Shown one piece after another: positions 1 to 9,255 of a stretch of DNA of 64,000 nucleotides. Within the stretch, counting starts at the first letter, position 1; each line of letters starts with the position of its first letter. Made by a program: the position numbers and the translations under genes. The notes below the pieces were generated by a model. That model made no database searches, was not told the origin of the DNA, and worked only from the letters and a program-made list of their open reading frames with translations. The DNA comes from an uncultured virus (IMG/VR IMGVR_UViG_3300047322_000758) (taxonomy: Duplodnaviria; Heunggongvirae; Uroviricota; Caudoviricetes): IMG/VR virus record IMGVR_UViG_3300047322_000758. The stretch is one strand, 5' to 3'.

Positions 1-248
1 AGGACGGTAAGAACGCCCGCTGATTCGGCCAGCTCGAGAGCCAGTTGCGGTGTCGGTGTAGGATTTGCGGTCGCCCGCTCGTCCTCGGCAGGCGCTGTGC
101 GCTTACGCGGCAACGATTATCCGTTGGCGCTCCCAACGGAAATTGGGGAGCTTGGTTAGCGCAGCGCTGGCGTCCAGACGCACGCCGAAGGGGTTAGCGG
201 CCTGATTGCAACTATACAGTGCATCCGCGTACTGTCGATAGCGCGAAG

Positions 249-404
249 CTAGGGGATGGGCAGCGCCGTCGCTGCGAAGAACGCCAGGCCGAGATAGAGC
301 AACGCGGCCACCACTTGCGGTGGAACACCCTGCCCAACGATGACGAGGAGAAAGTCAACGGCGAAGCAGACAATCGCAACGATGGCAAAGATGACTCGGA
401 ACAT
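249..404 (-). CDS. small membrane protein (51 aa, two hydrophobic helices)
   Basis: Translated by hand as MFRVIFAIVAIVCFAVDFLLVIVGQGVPPQVVAALLYLGLAFFAATALPIP*. GAGGA RBS upstream; below the ORF-track length cutoff. Confidence 0.6.
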   Translation of the reverse strand: MFRVIFAIVAIVCFAVDFLLVIVGQGVPPQVVAALLYLGLAFFAATALPIP

Positions 405-405
405 G

Positions 406-672
406 CTATTCCTCAACTTCCTTTAGGTCTGCAGGGTCGACCGCCATGGCATCGACATGCGTCATTCCCTGAAAGACCTGAAGCCGTCCACACTTGGTAC
501 AGACACAGGTTGTGGACGGCTCATCGGGAAAGACGGACACCTCGCTCACGGCCTTACCCGCGCCGATAGCAGGGTCGAGCGTCCAGAGGCGCTTGAGGAC
601 GCCATCACAGTAGCTACAGCGGAGCTCTTCCATACTCGACTCCGCAATCAACACTAGCAGACAGACGTTCAT
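406..672 (-). CDS. hypothetical Zn-ribbon protein
   Basis: CSYC and CTKC pairs; in the operon downstream of the terminase. True start may be internal (MEELRC). Confidence 0.5.
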   Translation of the reverse strand: MNVCLLVLIAESSMEELRCSYCDGVLKRLWTLDPAIGAGKAVSEVSVFPDEPSTTCVCTKCGRLQVFQGMTHVDAMAVDPADLKEVEE

Positions 673-693
673 CGATCAGTCGAATTTCGCTGT

Positions 694-885
694 TCAGGGA
701 CGAACAAATGTTGGCGGCAGCATGACTAAGCCACCTTCAACCATAGCCGGAGCAATTACATGCCATAAACCGTCGGCGCCGAGGGCATACCGATACTTGC
801 AATAGTCGCAGAGGTTACCGGCTGCACTTCGCGCAAAGGATTGGCCACAGCAGTCACAAGTTCGTTGTCTTAGTGCTGGTTCCAT
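694..885 (-). CDS. hypothetical Cys-rich protein
   Basis: CDCC and CDYC motifs; tightly packed with neighbours. Confidence 0.5.
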   Translation of the reverse strand: MEPALRQRTCDCCGQSFARSAAGNLCDYCKYRYALGADGLWHVIAPAMVEGGLVMLPPTFVRP

Positions 886-886
886 C

Positions 887-1099
887 TCAGTCTAGACGGG
901 CGTCAGCGGAATCACGGCGAAGCCGAATATCATCGAGCACGAGCTTTGTATTCGCTCGAATATCGCGCAGTGTCCTGCATCCAGGATCAGAACACTCGTG
1001 GATCGCTAACCCTTCTTCGACCCATCCAGCCCATTTGAGCAACGCATCCCGCTCAGCGCGAATCTGCTCTATTGGCTCTACTGGTTCTACAGCGCTCAT
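887..1099 (-). CDS. hypothetical protein
   Basis: ATGA overlap with the upstream ORF. Confidence 0.5.
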   Translation of the reverse strand: MSAVEPVEPIEQIRAERDALLKWAGWVEEGLAIHECSDPGCRTLRDIRANTKLVLDDIRLRRDSADARLD

Positions 1100-1476
1100 A
1101 ACTGCGTGTCCATTTCGACCACACTAGCAGACGAGCTTTGCCGTCTGGATATCGTTTCACTGGCCAAGGTCTCAAGCGGTCCAGACATGAGCTCCTCGAG
1201 CGCCTCGGCCCAACCAACATTTACCTCCACGCCTGTCGAGCTATACAGACGCACAAAGACGGGAACTCCTCCGCTATCGACCTTCCCAACCTGTATGTAG
1301 TTCCAGTGGCGATCCACCAGAACATCGTCAACCTCGGCGACCCAATCGTTCCCCAGATGGACGCAGCGGGCCACCTTCAGAACGAAGAACCGGTGCAGGC
1401 ACTCAAGCCTCTGATTTGGCTGCCTGTTCAGGATCGACGGGCCCCACTCGTGGTCGGTCCACTGTTCCGTTACCAT
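1096..1476 (-). CDS. hypothetical protein
   Basis: Overlaps the terminase stop codon; coupled gene. Confidence 0.5.
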   Translation of the reverse strand: MVTEQWTDHEWGPSILNRQPNQRLECLHRFFVLKVARCVHLGNDWVAEVDDVLVDRHWNYIQVGKVDSGGVPVFVRLYSSTGVEVNVGWAEALEELMSGPLETLASETISRRQSSSASVVEMDTQL

Positions 1477-2834
1477 CCCTTGGCTCTCCCAGTCGCTAGC
1501 GACAAAAATGACGTGTTCGTGTCGATGAACGTGAGACCCCAGACCAACGCGTCGATCAGGTCCAGCCGCTCTACCTCAACCGGAAAGCTGGTCATCTGGT
1601 CCTCAAGGTCGCTGAAGATGCCATTGTGATGCACGAGATGCTGCTCATAGAGCGCGGCAATGGGCTCAGCCCTGATTGCCTTGCCGCGACTGGCATGGAC
1701 CTGCTCAAACGGCAGCCCGCCCCACAATCCCAGCTCCCCTGACAGCCCAGCGTCGTTCCAGGCGTTCGTCAGCGTGGCCTCGACCATGTCGCCCCCATAG
1801 TTGCTCTCGGCGACGATCTTCTCAGCCTGATACCTTGCCCACTTCCGTATGGCGCTCTGCGCCCAGGCGTTTGGCGACCACAATGCCGCTTCAGCATCCA
1901 GAACGTAGCGGTGCCCGTCGTACCCGTACCCAACAACGACAATGGCCGTCATGGCCGACTGGCGGTTCATCGTTCCCCCTGGGTCGATGGCGACGATGAC
2001 CCGCGATAGCTGCGGCAGGAGATCCTCCACGGGAATGCTGCGCCGGTAGGTGTCGATCCAGTCGTATTCCCACATGGCGCCCTCCACGGCCGGAGGGTCC
2101 ATCGCGAGCATCTCCATCCTCGCAAGGCGGGTGTCCTTGCCGAACATGGCCTCCCACTGGGCTATCCTCGCCGGCGGGAGCTTGGTGTTGTCATACGTGG
2201 TGGCATGGACGGCCCTAGTGGTGTCGTAGCCCTTGATCTGCTTGATGAGCGCCGAGCGCTTCGGTGTCGTTGTCACCACGGCCCGCGGCCAGTCGCCCTC
2301 TCTGAGGCAGAACTGCGCCATCTCCCAGCTGGTGCCGCCGTGTGTTCCCTTGGCATTGCTCCACAGCGACAGCTCGTCGGCCCACAGGAGCCCAAACCCC
2401 GGTCCGTTCCACCTATCCGGTTCCTCAGAGCCCAGGAAGCGCACGTAGCCGCCTCCCTTGTGGAACGCCTGCCGGTCTGAGCGGTGCCACTCAAACTCGC
2501 TGGGCGCAGCCGTTATGAGCCCGGACGGACCCTCAGCGCAGATGTCCCGCGCATCGTCCCTCGTCGGCGCCCCAATGTAGATTCGCGCCGCTGGCCCCAT
2601 CTCCCGCAGATACCTCAGGCAGTACCGTGAGCCGGTCCAGGTCTTCCCAGCACCACGGCCTCCCTCGAGCAGCCAGATGGCCCAGTCGCGGTCGTCCGGA
2701 TTCAGGTCTTCCGGCGGTATCTGGTAGTCGTGCGGCTCCCCTGCGGCCGGCGGCTCCTTCTCGTCCTGTTCCAGTGAGCTCCAGGCAATGATGGCTGCAC
2801 GCCGGGCACGCTCCTGCTTGTCAAGCCTCGCCAT
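1470..2834 (-). CDS. terL: terminase large subunit
   Basis: Walker A GGRGAGKT, Walker B LLWADEL, coupling motif VTTTP, and a C-terminal RNase H-like nuclease (VAIDPG...AESNYGG...DLIDAL). Confidence 0.93.
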   Translation of the reverse strand: MARLDKQERARRAAIIAWSSLEQDEKEPPAAGEPHDYQIPPEDLNPDDRDWAIWLLEGGRGAGKTWTGSRYCLRYLREMGPAARIYIGAPTRDDARDICAEGPSGLITAAPSEFEWHRSDRQAFHKGGGYVRFLGSEEPDRWNGPGFGLLWADELSLWSNAKGTHGGTSWEMAQFCLREGDWPRAVVTTTPKRSALIKQIKGYDTTRAVHATTYDNTKLPPARIAQWEAMFGKDTRLARMEMLAMDPPAVEGAMWEYDWIDTYRRSIPVEDLLPQLSRVIVAIDPGGTMNRQSAMTAIVVVGYGYDGHRYVLDAEAALWSPNAWAQSAIRKWARYQAEKIVAESNYGGDMVEATLTNAWNDAGLSGELGLWGGLPFEQVHASRGKAIRAEPIAALYEQHLVHHNGIFSDLEDQMTSFPVEVERLDLIDALVWGLTFIDTNTSFLSLATGRAKGW

Positions 2835-2901
2835 CTACTTCACCATCGGCGCAGCGAAACCCGTGTTTTCGGAGGCTTTTGCCTCCTTTCGGTGAAGTTC
2901 A

Positions 2902-3441
2902 TCAGTCGTCCAGCGTCCGGTAGACCTTCTTCGCCTCGATGTACATCTGCTCCATGCGCTCCGGCGGCAACCCCTTCTCCCTGGCAATGATCTCCACCTG
3001 CTCCCTGAGGGTCACCTTCAGGTCAAACGTGTCCCGCCTCGAGTACCGCTCAGGCCTCGTCCTCTCCAGCCACCACGCCCACGCCTGCCAGCTCGTCTCG
3101 CCGGCCTTCCTGATGTTCATCACCGCGACGCTCTCCGCTATCGCCTGCGCCTCGTTGATGTCCTCCAGGAACGACTCGAACGGCTCCTCTCCCCGAGCAC
3201 CCCTCCGCATCCAGTTGTAGAGCGTCTTGTTAGCAATCCTCGCCCCAGCCGCTGCAATGAAGATGTAGTTCCCAGCCCTCACCAGGTCCAGAATCTTCTT
3301 CGCCTTCACCTGGTCGAACTTGTCCTCGTACATCCGAGTGGGCGCACGCTTGTGCGCCATCTGCTCGAAGTCCTGATACGTCAGCTGCCCAACGACATCC
3401 GTCTCGTCTAAGACCTCATCCGGCTCCAATGCCTCGCTCAA
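2902..3441 (-). CDS. terS: probable terminase small subunit (HTH)
   Basis: Directly upstream of terL. HTH-like IAAAGARIANKTLYNWMRRG and WQAWAWWLERTRPERY. TTG start at 3441 has a GGAGG RBS and overlaps the upstream stop. Confidence 0.7.
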   Translation of the reverse strand: MSEALEPDEVLDETDVVGQLTYQDFEQMAHKRAPTRMYEDKFDQVKAKKILDLVRAGNYIFIAAAGARIANKTLYNWMRRGARGEEPFESFLEDINEAQAIAESVAVMNIRKAGETSWQAWAWWLERTRPERYSRRDTFDLKVTLREQVEIIAREKGLPPERMEQMYIEAKKVYRTLDD

Positions 3442-3638
3442 TGTGCCCCTCCGTTCGCCCGCCGGTATGCAGCCTTGTTGCACTTGATTGAACAGTACGT
3501 CGCCCGCGCCGATCTCCTGTTCACCTGCCCACATCCTGGACACAGCGGCCGGTCCCTTCCAGGTACGAAGGCCTTGTACTCCCTCGGTGGCTGCACGTTG
3601 CTCCGTAGCGTCCTTTTCTTCAGCTCGCTCATGCCCAT
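3438..3638 (-). CDS. small Zn-finger protein
   Basis: CPGCG...YCSIKC motif; its stop overlaps the terS start. Confidence 0.55.
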   Translation of the reverse strand: MGMSELKKRTLRSNVQPPREYKAFVPGRDRPLCPGCGQVNRRSARATYCSIKCNKAAYRRANGGAH

Positions 3639-3681
3639 AAGTTAACCACGATTTCGAAAAGGCTGTATCATGCCAGCCTTC

Positions 3682-3690
3682 TGCTATAAT
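3682..3690 (+). promoter_or_regulatory. extended -10 promoter (TGCTATAAT) facing the non-coding region
   Basis: Perfect TGnTATAAT match. Confidence 0.45.
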
Positions 3691-4414
3691 CACGCGCCCG
3701 CACGCGGAGGATTGATCTTTAGATCAATACCTTACGGGGCGGTTGCAGCTTTAGCTCAACCCCCCGTGACCCTCGGTCGGCGCTCCACACCCCCCACGCA
3801 CCGCAGGCCTCCCATCTCTCAATCATCTTTCCCCAAACCCACGCACCGCAGGGCTCCGAGTCTATGCAGTCGATGGCTCTCTGAGCCCTCTCCTGCTCTA
3901 CCTCTCCCAGATTCACCGGAGGAGACGTAACCCCCCTCTCCAGATCTTGGGTTGGTTTGGTTTTTTGGGTGTAGGCGATATGAGACCGGTCCCGTCCGGC
4001 CACCGGCCACCACCACCGCTCGCAATGGCCACCACCGACCGGACCACCACCGGCCGTGCCGGCCACCGGGCCACATGATGACCGGCCGTGAGAGGCGTGA
4101 GAGGCGTAGCAGCATCGCACACAGCGCGCCCAGAACGCACGTGGCATGCGGCAATGCAATGAGCGAAGGGAAGCAGGACAACGCATGCGAGCTCGACACA
4201 GAGGGGGGAGCAGACGAGCAGTTAGATACGAATAGGGCACACGTGCACGTAGACGCCTCTGGCATGGCATAGCCTAGCGTTAGGGTAGGGATATAGCCTA
4301 GGGGTCTGGCCAGGGCGTCTGTTGCGTCTGTAGGTCTACGTGTGGGGGTGTCTAGCATGGGAGTCTCGGCCTGTCTGTTCTGTCTGTCTGGTTCTGTCTG
4401 GTTCTAAACGCAAG

Positions 4415-4451
4415 AGTAGGGGCCTACTCGTTGACTGAGTAGGCCCCTACT
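4415..4451 (-). terminator. 15-bp perfect inverted repeat; probable terminator of the 352-aa gene
   Basis: AGTAGGGGCCTACTC-N7-GAGTAGGCCCCTACT, 25 nt after the stop at 4477. Confidence 0.6.
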
Positions 4452-4476
4452 TGGTAGCGGTGCGGGAAGGGTTGGG

Positions 4477-5535
4477 CTATGCAGCTTTGGACTTGCGGGA
4501 AGGCTTCGATGCTTGCGCTGAGGTATTGCGCTGAAGGGTTAGGGCGTCGGCTAGGGCTTGTTGGGCTTCTAGGCCTAGCTCTAGCGTCGCCTCTAGCATG
4601 TCATGAAGGGACTGCAGATCATCGCCTAGGGCGTCAACGATTTTAGAAGGGGCGAATGAGGTGATCGAGCGGAAGCAGAGTGCTTGCCCTTTCAGTTGAG
4701 TCGCGAGGTTTGAAGTAGCTGGACACTCAACATGCTGGAAACGCCCTGCTACTTTCACGATCGCACTGTTCTTGATCATAGGTGAAGAACAGGCAGGGCA
4801 GGGGCTATCAAAGGTGGCAGTCTGTACGGTCCCGTTGGGAATCTCATCCTGGACAGATGGCTTGCGGCCTAGTGCAGCATCACGGACTGCAGATGATTGG
4901 GTCCCTGTTGGGGCGTCGGCATTGATAGCGGAGCTCTTCGCCTTGCGAGCCTTTCGCGTCTGCGCGGCTTTGGCTTGCGGGCTCACTACGGGCTCGTCAG
5001 TCCCTTGATCGTCGCGCCTAGCTTGCTCGATCACATCCTGCACGGTCGCCCCATTCTTGGCGAGGGACTTCGCTGATATAGCAGCGCGTACGGTCTTGGC
5101 GCTGATATCGCCCTTAGGGTCATAGACGGCGCTCGCGAATCCTGCAGCGGTAGCACGTTTGGTAGCTCCTGACTTTTCTCCTGGGCCCAATTTCGCCCAT
5201 TCGGCGGGAGTGTACTGGCTTGGGAGCGTAGAGCTTGCGGTTCGAGGTGCAGACGCTTTGACGTTCTTCGATGCTGACTGCTTCGGCGCGGAGACAGTCA
5301 CGGACGGCGCAGACTGCTTCGCAGCACTCCCACCTATGACGGCGCTCATATATCCCGCTGCAGTTGCACGCTTTGTCGCCCCGGACTTTTCGCCCGGTCC
5401 CATTGTCGCCCATTGAGCGGCGGTGTACTGAGTCGCGAGTGTGGACGTTGGAACCTTCATACCCTTGTGTGACGCCTTTCGCGTCGATGCTGCTGGGGTG
5501 CTGACTACGGACTTGCGAGAAAAGAAACTGAACAT
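4477..5535 (-). CDS. basic Ala/Ser/Lys-rich protein with internal duplication and CxxC-H-C Zn site
   Basis: 352-aa ORF with a GAAGGG RBS, two copies of QYTxAxWAxxGPGEKSGATKRATAAG, and CPAC...HVEC. Confidence 0.75.
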   Translation of the reverse strand: MFSFFSRKSVVSTPAASTRKASHKGMKVPTSTLATQYTAAQWATMGPGEKSGATKRATAAGYMSAVIGGSAAKQSAPSVTVSAPKQSASKNVKASAPRTASSTLPSQYTPAEWAKLGPGEKSGATKRATAAGFASAVYDPKGDISAKTVRAAISAKSLAKNGATVQDVIEQARRDDQGTDEPVVSPQAKAAQTRKARKAKSSAINADAPTGTQSSAVRDAALGRKPSVQDEIPNGTVQTATFDSPCPACSSPMIKNSAIVKVAGRFQHVECPATSNLATQLKGQALCFRSITSFAPSKIVDALGDDLQSLHDMLEATLELGLEAQQALADALTLQRNTSAQASKPSRKSKAA

Positions 5536-5807
5536 CGGGACAACCCTTCTATGAATCCTGCTAGTGGCTCACTTGGCTCACTGGCTACATACCTATGATA
5601 GGCATGCTGGCATAGAACGCAATAGGCAAACCGTTCGATTGCGAAGTTTTTTCAGGGAAGTTTTTACGGCAAGGATTCGTGCCGGAGCGTCGGCGACCAG
5701 GCCGCTTACACCCGGGCTAGGCGTCACGTATGCCCGGCATCCCGGCATTCCTCATTGAGCGCCGATCAAGGAAACGGGCGCACGCACGCGCGTATGGGCG
5801 CGCACGC

Positions 5808-6106
5808 AATAACTGATCTGCAATAACCAATAATGAATAATCAATAATCGACGCCGGACACAATAATAGCCGCCGGTGATCGGAGAAGGCAGGAGCAGCC
5901 TTGTCACCGAGCCGGCGGCTACGGGAATGGTCCCGCACCAACAATAATAATCCCTGCGAATAATAATCGCCTAGAGCTCCGTGAGACTGCGCACTCCATA
6001 GCGGCGTATTCGTCGCCTGCGCCGCCAAGCGCCCACAGGCCCAAAGCTCCACAGAATAATCCCCAGCGCAATGCCGCCGGAGACGTACTCAGACAGATGC
6101 AATAAT
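5808..6106. repeat. cluster of co-oriented AATAA(T) motifs
   Basis: 12 AATAA copies (5808, 5822, 5829, 5836, 5843, 5862, 5943, 5946, 5959, 5962, 6055, 6101) in GC-rich non-coding DNA. Confidence 0.75.
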
Positions 6107-6120
6107 GCCGCCCTTCCTAC

Positions 6121-6137
6121 CGTCCCATCTTGGGACG
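6121..6137. repeat. dispersed 17-bp palindrome, copy 1
   Basis: CGTCCCATCTTGGGACG; arms extend to 6119-6139. Confidence 0.85.
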
Positions 6138-6153
6138 GTCAATCATTCTCCGC

Positions 6154-6357
6154 TCATTGCGTTTGCTCCGCTTCAAGTCGCCGCACGTAATCCCGTAGCG
6201 ACGTTTCTGTGACGCGGACGGCACGGCCAATGCGGACCATGCGCAATTCCTTGCCCTGAATCAGCTCAAGCAGCTTCGTGCGCCCAATCGAGAGATAGAC
6301 GCAGGCGCCAGGGATATCGCGGAGACCAACCTCCGCCAGAGTTGAAGTTGCTTCCAT
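6154..6357 (-). CDS. excisionase-like / HTH_17 DNA-binding protein
   Basis: ACVYLSIGRTKLLELIQGKELRMVRIGRAVRV matches the typical Xis/MerR-like pattern. Confidence 0.8.
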   Translation of the reverse strand: MEATSTLAEVGLRDIPGACVYLSIGRTKLLELIQGKELRMVRIGRAVRVTETSLRDYVRRLEAEQTQ

Positions 6358-6432
6358 GCATTCCCTCCCTATCGGTCGCGGTTATTCGTCGTGCGCACCG
6401 ATGCCTTGAGGGAACTGCAAATCGTGGATATA

Positions 6433-6723
6433 TTACGAGCAGTAATTTGCCACCGTATTTCCACGCGTACAGAAGCCACCGACCCACCATTCGCCTACGC
6501 CCGAGAGGTATTGCTCCAGATGGCCGGCCGACAACTGAGGTATCGCCACCCACCACAGAGGAGTCGGAGTATCCGCAAGAATTACGGCGGACAAACCGCA
6601 GCAGCAGTTCTCGTTCCCGCCGCCTCCGTACACGAAGTAATCTCCCTGCACGGCTCGTAGCCCGATCTTGCGATACGCCGCCACCACTCGCTCGGGCCCA
6701 ACCACACATGTTTCCTCAGTCAT
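6433..6723 (-). CDS. hypothetical protein
   Basis: ATGA-coupled start at 6723. Confidence 0.45.
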   Translation of the reverse strand: MTEETCVVGPERVVAAYRKIGLRAVQGDYFVYGGGGNENCCCGLSAVILADTPTPLWWVAIPQLSAGHLEQYLSGVGEWWVGGFCTRGNTVANYCS

Positions 6724-7163
6724 TCCGCACGCCCTTTCTGACACTTCAAACACTTGCCGTCGTGATAGTTCTGGTCGCGCTTCCACTGCGTCACGGCCCA
6801 GTACAGGTCCGCCAGGTTCGAGAGGTTCGACACCCCGGTCGCCCCGTCAGGACCAGAGGGAATCTTCCAACTGCGTCCCAAGACGGGCTCATCACAGACC
6901 GTGCAGTTGGGAAAAACGAGGATCGATTGGTAGCTGTCCACGAAGGTGAATCCCTGAACGGTTACCGTCAGCTTCATGGCAGAGAGGTTCCTGGCAGAGA
7001 GGTTCCTGACTTCCGTCCAGGTGTAGCCCTTGATCAGATCGTAGGGAAGGCCGAAGTCCTGCAGGACTTCCGTGAACCGGCATTCGCTTTCCGCGCGTCT
7101 GTCGCTGACAGACTGGTCAAACTGCTTCTGGCCGGCCAGCATGATATCGAATGGCTCATTCAT
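6720..7163 (-). CDS. hypothetical protein
   Basis: Coupled gene with a GAGGAAGCGC RBS and CxxC motifs. Confidence 0.6.
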   Translation of the reverse strand: MNEPFDIMLAGQKQFDQSVSDRRAESECRFTEVLQDFGLPYDLIKGYTWTEVRNLSARNLSAMKLTVTVQGFTFVDSYQSILVFPNCTVCDEPVLGRSWKIPSGPDGATGVSNLSNLADLYWAVTQWKRDQNYHDGKCLKCQKGRAE

Positions 7164-7576
7164 TTCCGCGCTTCCTCTCTGTCATGCAGCCAGCAGAACT
7201 GGCTTCCTTCCTTCAGGTGGCTTCCGCACAGTCGCCCGCTGCCGTCGTCGTACTCACACCCTGGGAGTCCGAAGTACCCCGGATGCCACGTCTCCAAGCA
7301 CTCCCTGGCCGACGCCTTGATTTCGTCGATCGTTTCGTGGCTGGTCATGCCGAGCATCGCCTCGGGCCGCTCATACGCGAACGCCGCCCAGTTGCAATCC
7401 TCTTCAAAGCAATACCAGCGGCCAAACCGCTCGGCAATTTTGCGAGCCTTCTCGCTCAAGGTGAACTGCGCCGTGTCTGATGCGACCATGATGCCACCGT
7501 GACTCGGCGTCTCGACCCAGTAGGCATTGGCGCCGATTGAAACCACGTTGTCTGAGTTTCCCCAGGGTGTCTTCAT
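7160..7576 (-). CDS. DUF7007-like protein
   Basis: TPWG...TPSHGG...FEEDCNW motif set. Confidence 0.6.
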   Translation of the reverse strand: MKTPWGNSDNVVSIGANAYWVETPSHGGIMVASDTAQFTLSEKARKIAERFGRWYCFEEDCNWAAFAYERPEAMLGMTSHETIDEIKASARECLETWHPGYFGLPGCEYDDGSGRLCGSHLKEGSQFCWLHDREEARK

Positions 7577-8139
7577 GCCACCGCCGCCGCTCTTGCGCCC
7601 GAATACGCATCGGCGATCTTCTTCAGCCAGAAGCTGAGCGCCCCGAGACTGTGATAGTCCCAGCCGCTGCGCATGCTGCGATTGATGACCCCGAAGCCTT
7701 CCGTCGGTGTCGCAAAGCGCGTGCAGCCGACCGCGTCGAGCACCTGGAGCATCGCCTCCTCCACATCCTTTGCGTAGAAGCCCTTTTCCTCATAGCCCAT
7801 CCGTACCGCGTTGATGTGTTTGAGCGTTGCTACCATTCGCTCGGCAGACTCGAGCCGCACTGAGTAGCAGTTCATATACTCGCAGCCGAATCCCCAGATG
7901 GCTGCGTCGCCCTCGCGCATTTCGACATACGCCCGCAGCTCTAGATTGTGTAGGTCGAGCCGCGCATCTGGGCCGAAGCCGGTGTTGACGTCGTACTTCT
8001 GCCAGTCGCCGTCGGCGATGTACGTCGCGTCCGGGTCTTTGGCGAATACGCCCTTCATATCCCAGGACGCGCTATAGCTCGATGGCGCCGCCGACAGCAA
8101 CAGAACAGGGTCGAAGTGATTGAGTGGTCTCTTTGCCAT
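7573..8139 (-). CDS. hypothetical protein
   Basis: 188-aa coupled ORF with a GGAAAGG RBS. Confidence 0.65.
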   Translation of the reverse strand: MAKRPLNHFDPVLLLSAAPSSYSASWDMKGVFAKDPDATYIADGDWQKYDVNTGFGPDARLDLHNLELRAYVEMREGDAAIWGFGCEYMNCYSVRLESAERMVATLKHINAVRMGYEEKGFYAKDVEEAMLQVLDAVGCTRFATPTEGFGVINRSMRSGWDYHSLGALSFWLKKIADAYSGARAAAVA

Positions 8140-8346
8140 GATGTTGCGCTACCTTTCCGAAGTGAACTCCGAGGTGTGTTTAGATGGGCAGCAGTTCGCG
8201 TGGACTCGTCAGCCTGGCCGGTTGCTCGCGCCAGACCCCCAGCTGGCCGCAGGAGCAACACAACGCGCCGATCGGCGCTCGCTTGACCGGGGTGTACGAC
8301 GGCGTGCATGCCGAGCAATACACGCGACGTTTTTGTCGCCTCTCCA

Positions 8347-8964
8347 TCACGCCGCTCCCTGGGTAATCCGCAGCGCCTCTTGGAGCGCCTGCGCAAGAGT
8401 CTTCGCCGGACAGTGGCGGTGCGTCGGCACGCCGTTCTCCTTCGTGTATCGCTCGCCGTTTTGTATCTGCCGGCCGCAGCGCCCACACGGGTCGGCGATG
8501 TTGAGCTCCGCTGTGATAGTCCGTTCGCGCTTCAGATTCTTCACGACCTCCGCCTTAATGAACTCGTAGTCCGGGTCGCCCTCGACCGTGATGGGGAAGT
8601 CCGCCAACTCCTGCTCAGCGACTCCTGCGGCTGCGCAAGTGGCGCACGTACACCGCGGATCGTGGGGTATAGCAGCCGGTTCCTGCTTCACAACTTTCTT
8701 CTTTCTGCCGGTCACTTTCCCGGCCCATGCTTTGGTATGCCACGAACGGTCGTTCGTGCTCAGTTCCGGTGGCGCGTTGCCCGCACACTCGATGCAGACC
8801 GCCCCCTGTGTGTCAGTCCAGCCGTCTGGCAGAGCCCCTGAGGCCGTCTCGCCCCAGCCGCCGCAACACTGGCAGATGCTCACCTGTGGGTGGTTGACAC
8901 ACGGTATGCAGAGCTGTGCGCCAGTGGACAGCCCTAGTTCGTCGCCGCAGCGCTCGCAGTTCAT
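8347..8964 (-). CDS. multi-Zn-finger hypothetical protein
   Basis: Several CxxC pairs; C-terminal CGRC...HRHC resembles the Zn site of 4477-5535. Confidence 0.6.
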   Translation of the reverse strand: MNCERCGDELGLSTGAQLCIPCVNHPQVSICQCCGGWGETASGALPDGWTDTQGAVCIECAGNAPPELSTNDRSWHTKAWAGKVTGRKKKVVKQEPAAIPHDPRCTCATCAAAGVAEQELADFPITVEGDPDYEFIKAEVVKNLKRERTITAELNIADPCGRCGRQIQNGERYTKENGVPTHRHCPAKTLAQALQEALRITQGAA

Positions 8965-9255
8965 CGCATCATCGCCAGCAGTAGATGGGTGCCCACGTAG
9001 ACGCCGCCGGCAAGGATGCTCGCCCACATGAGCATCGTCCAGAATCCAGATGTGTCATTCACGCTCGTTCCTTTCCATTGATGTATTTGAGAGTGCAGGC
9101 CACCACGCATACCGTGATGGCCACGGCGCAGATCATGAAGATAGTGATGGGCTCCATGTCATACCCCCTGTACGAGGATGAAGAGCGGCCCTGCCCACAC
9201 GAGCAGTTGCCGCGTCGGCAGCGTGGCGGCGCCGAAGCGCCGGTCAGATGTGTTC

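Noticed and set aside
1..113. Possible 5' end of the portal gene (TTG at 113, minus strand)
   Set aside because: Position fits, but only 37 codons are visible and they carry no diagnostic motif.
3985..4090. Possible third GGY array (GGT/GGC-rich on the minus strand)
   Set aside because: Spacing is irregular (3-5 nt) with no maintained 5-nt register.
3719..4358. ORFs of 179-183 aa in the non-coding region
   Set aside because: Low-complexity, no RBS, and several overlapping frames equally open.
6154..6357. Integration module / att site
   Set aside because: An Xis-like gene is present but no integrase or att core can be identified in the window.
6342..7502. Long plus-strand ORFs (also 14889-15770, 22321-23445, 34827-35780, 58621-59526)
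   Set aside because: Antisense shadows of well-supported minus-strand genes in GC-rich DNA, with no recognisable motifs.
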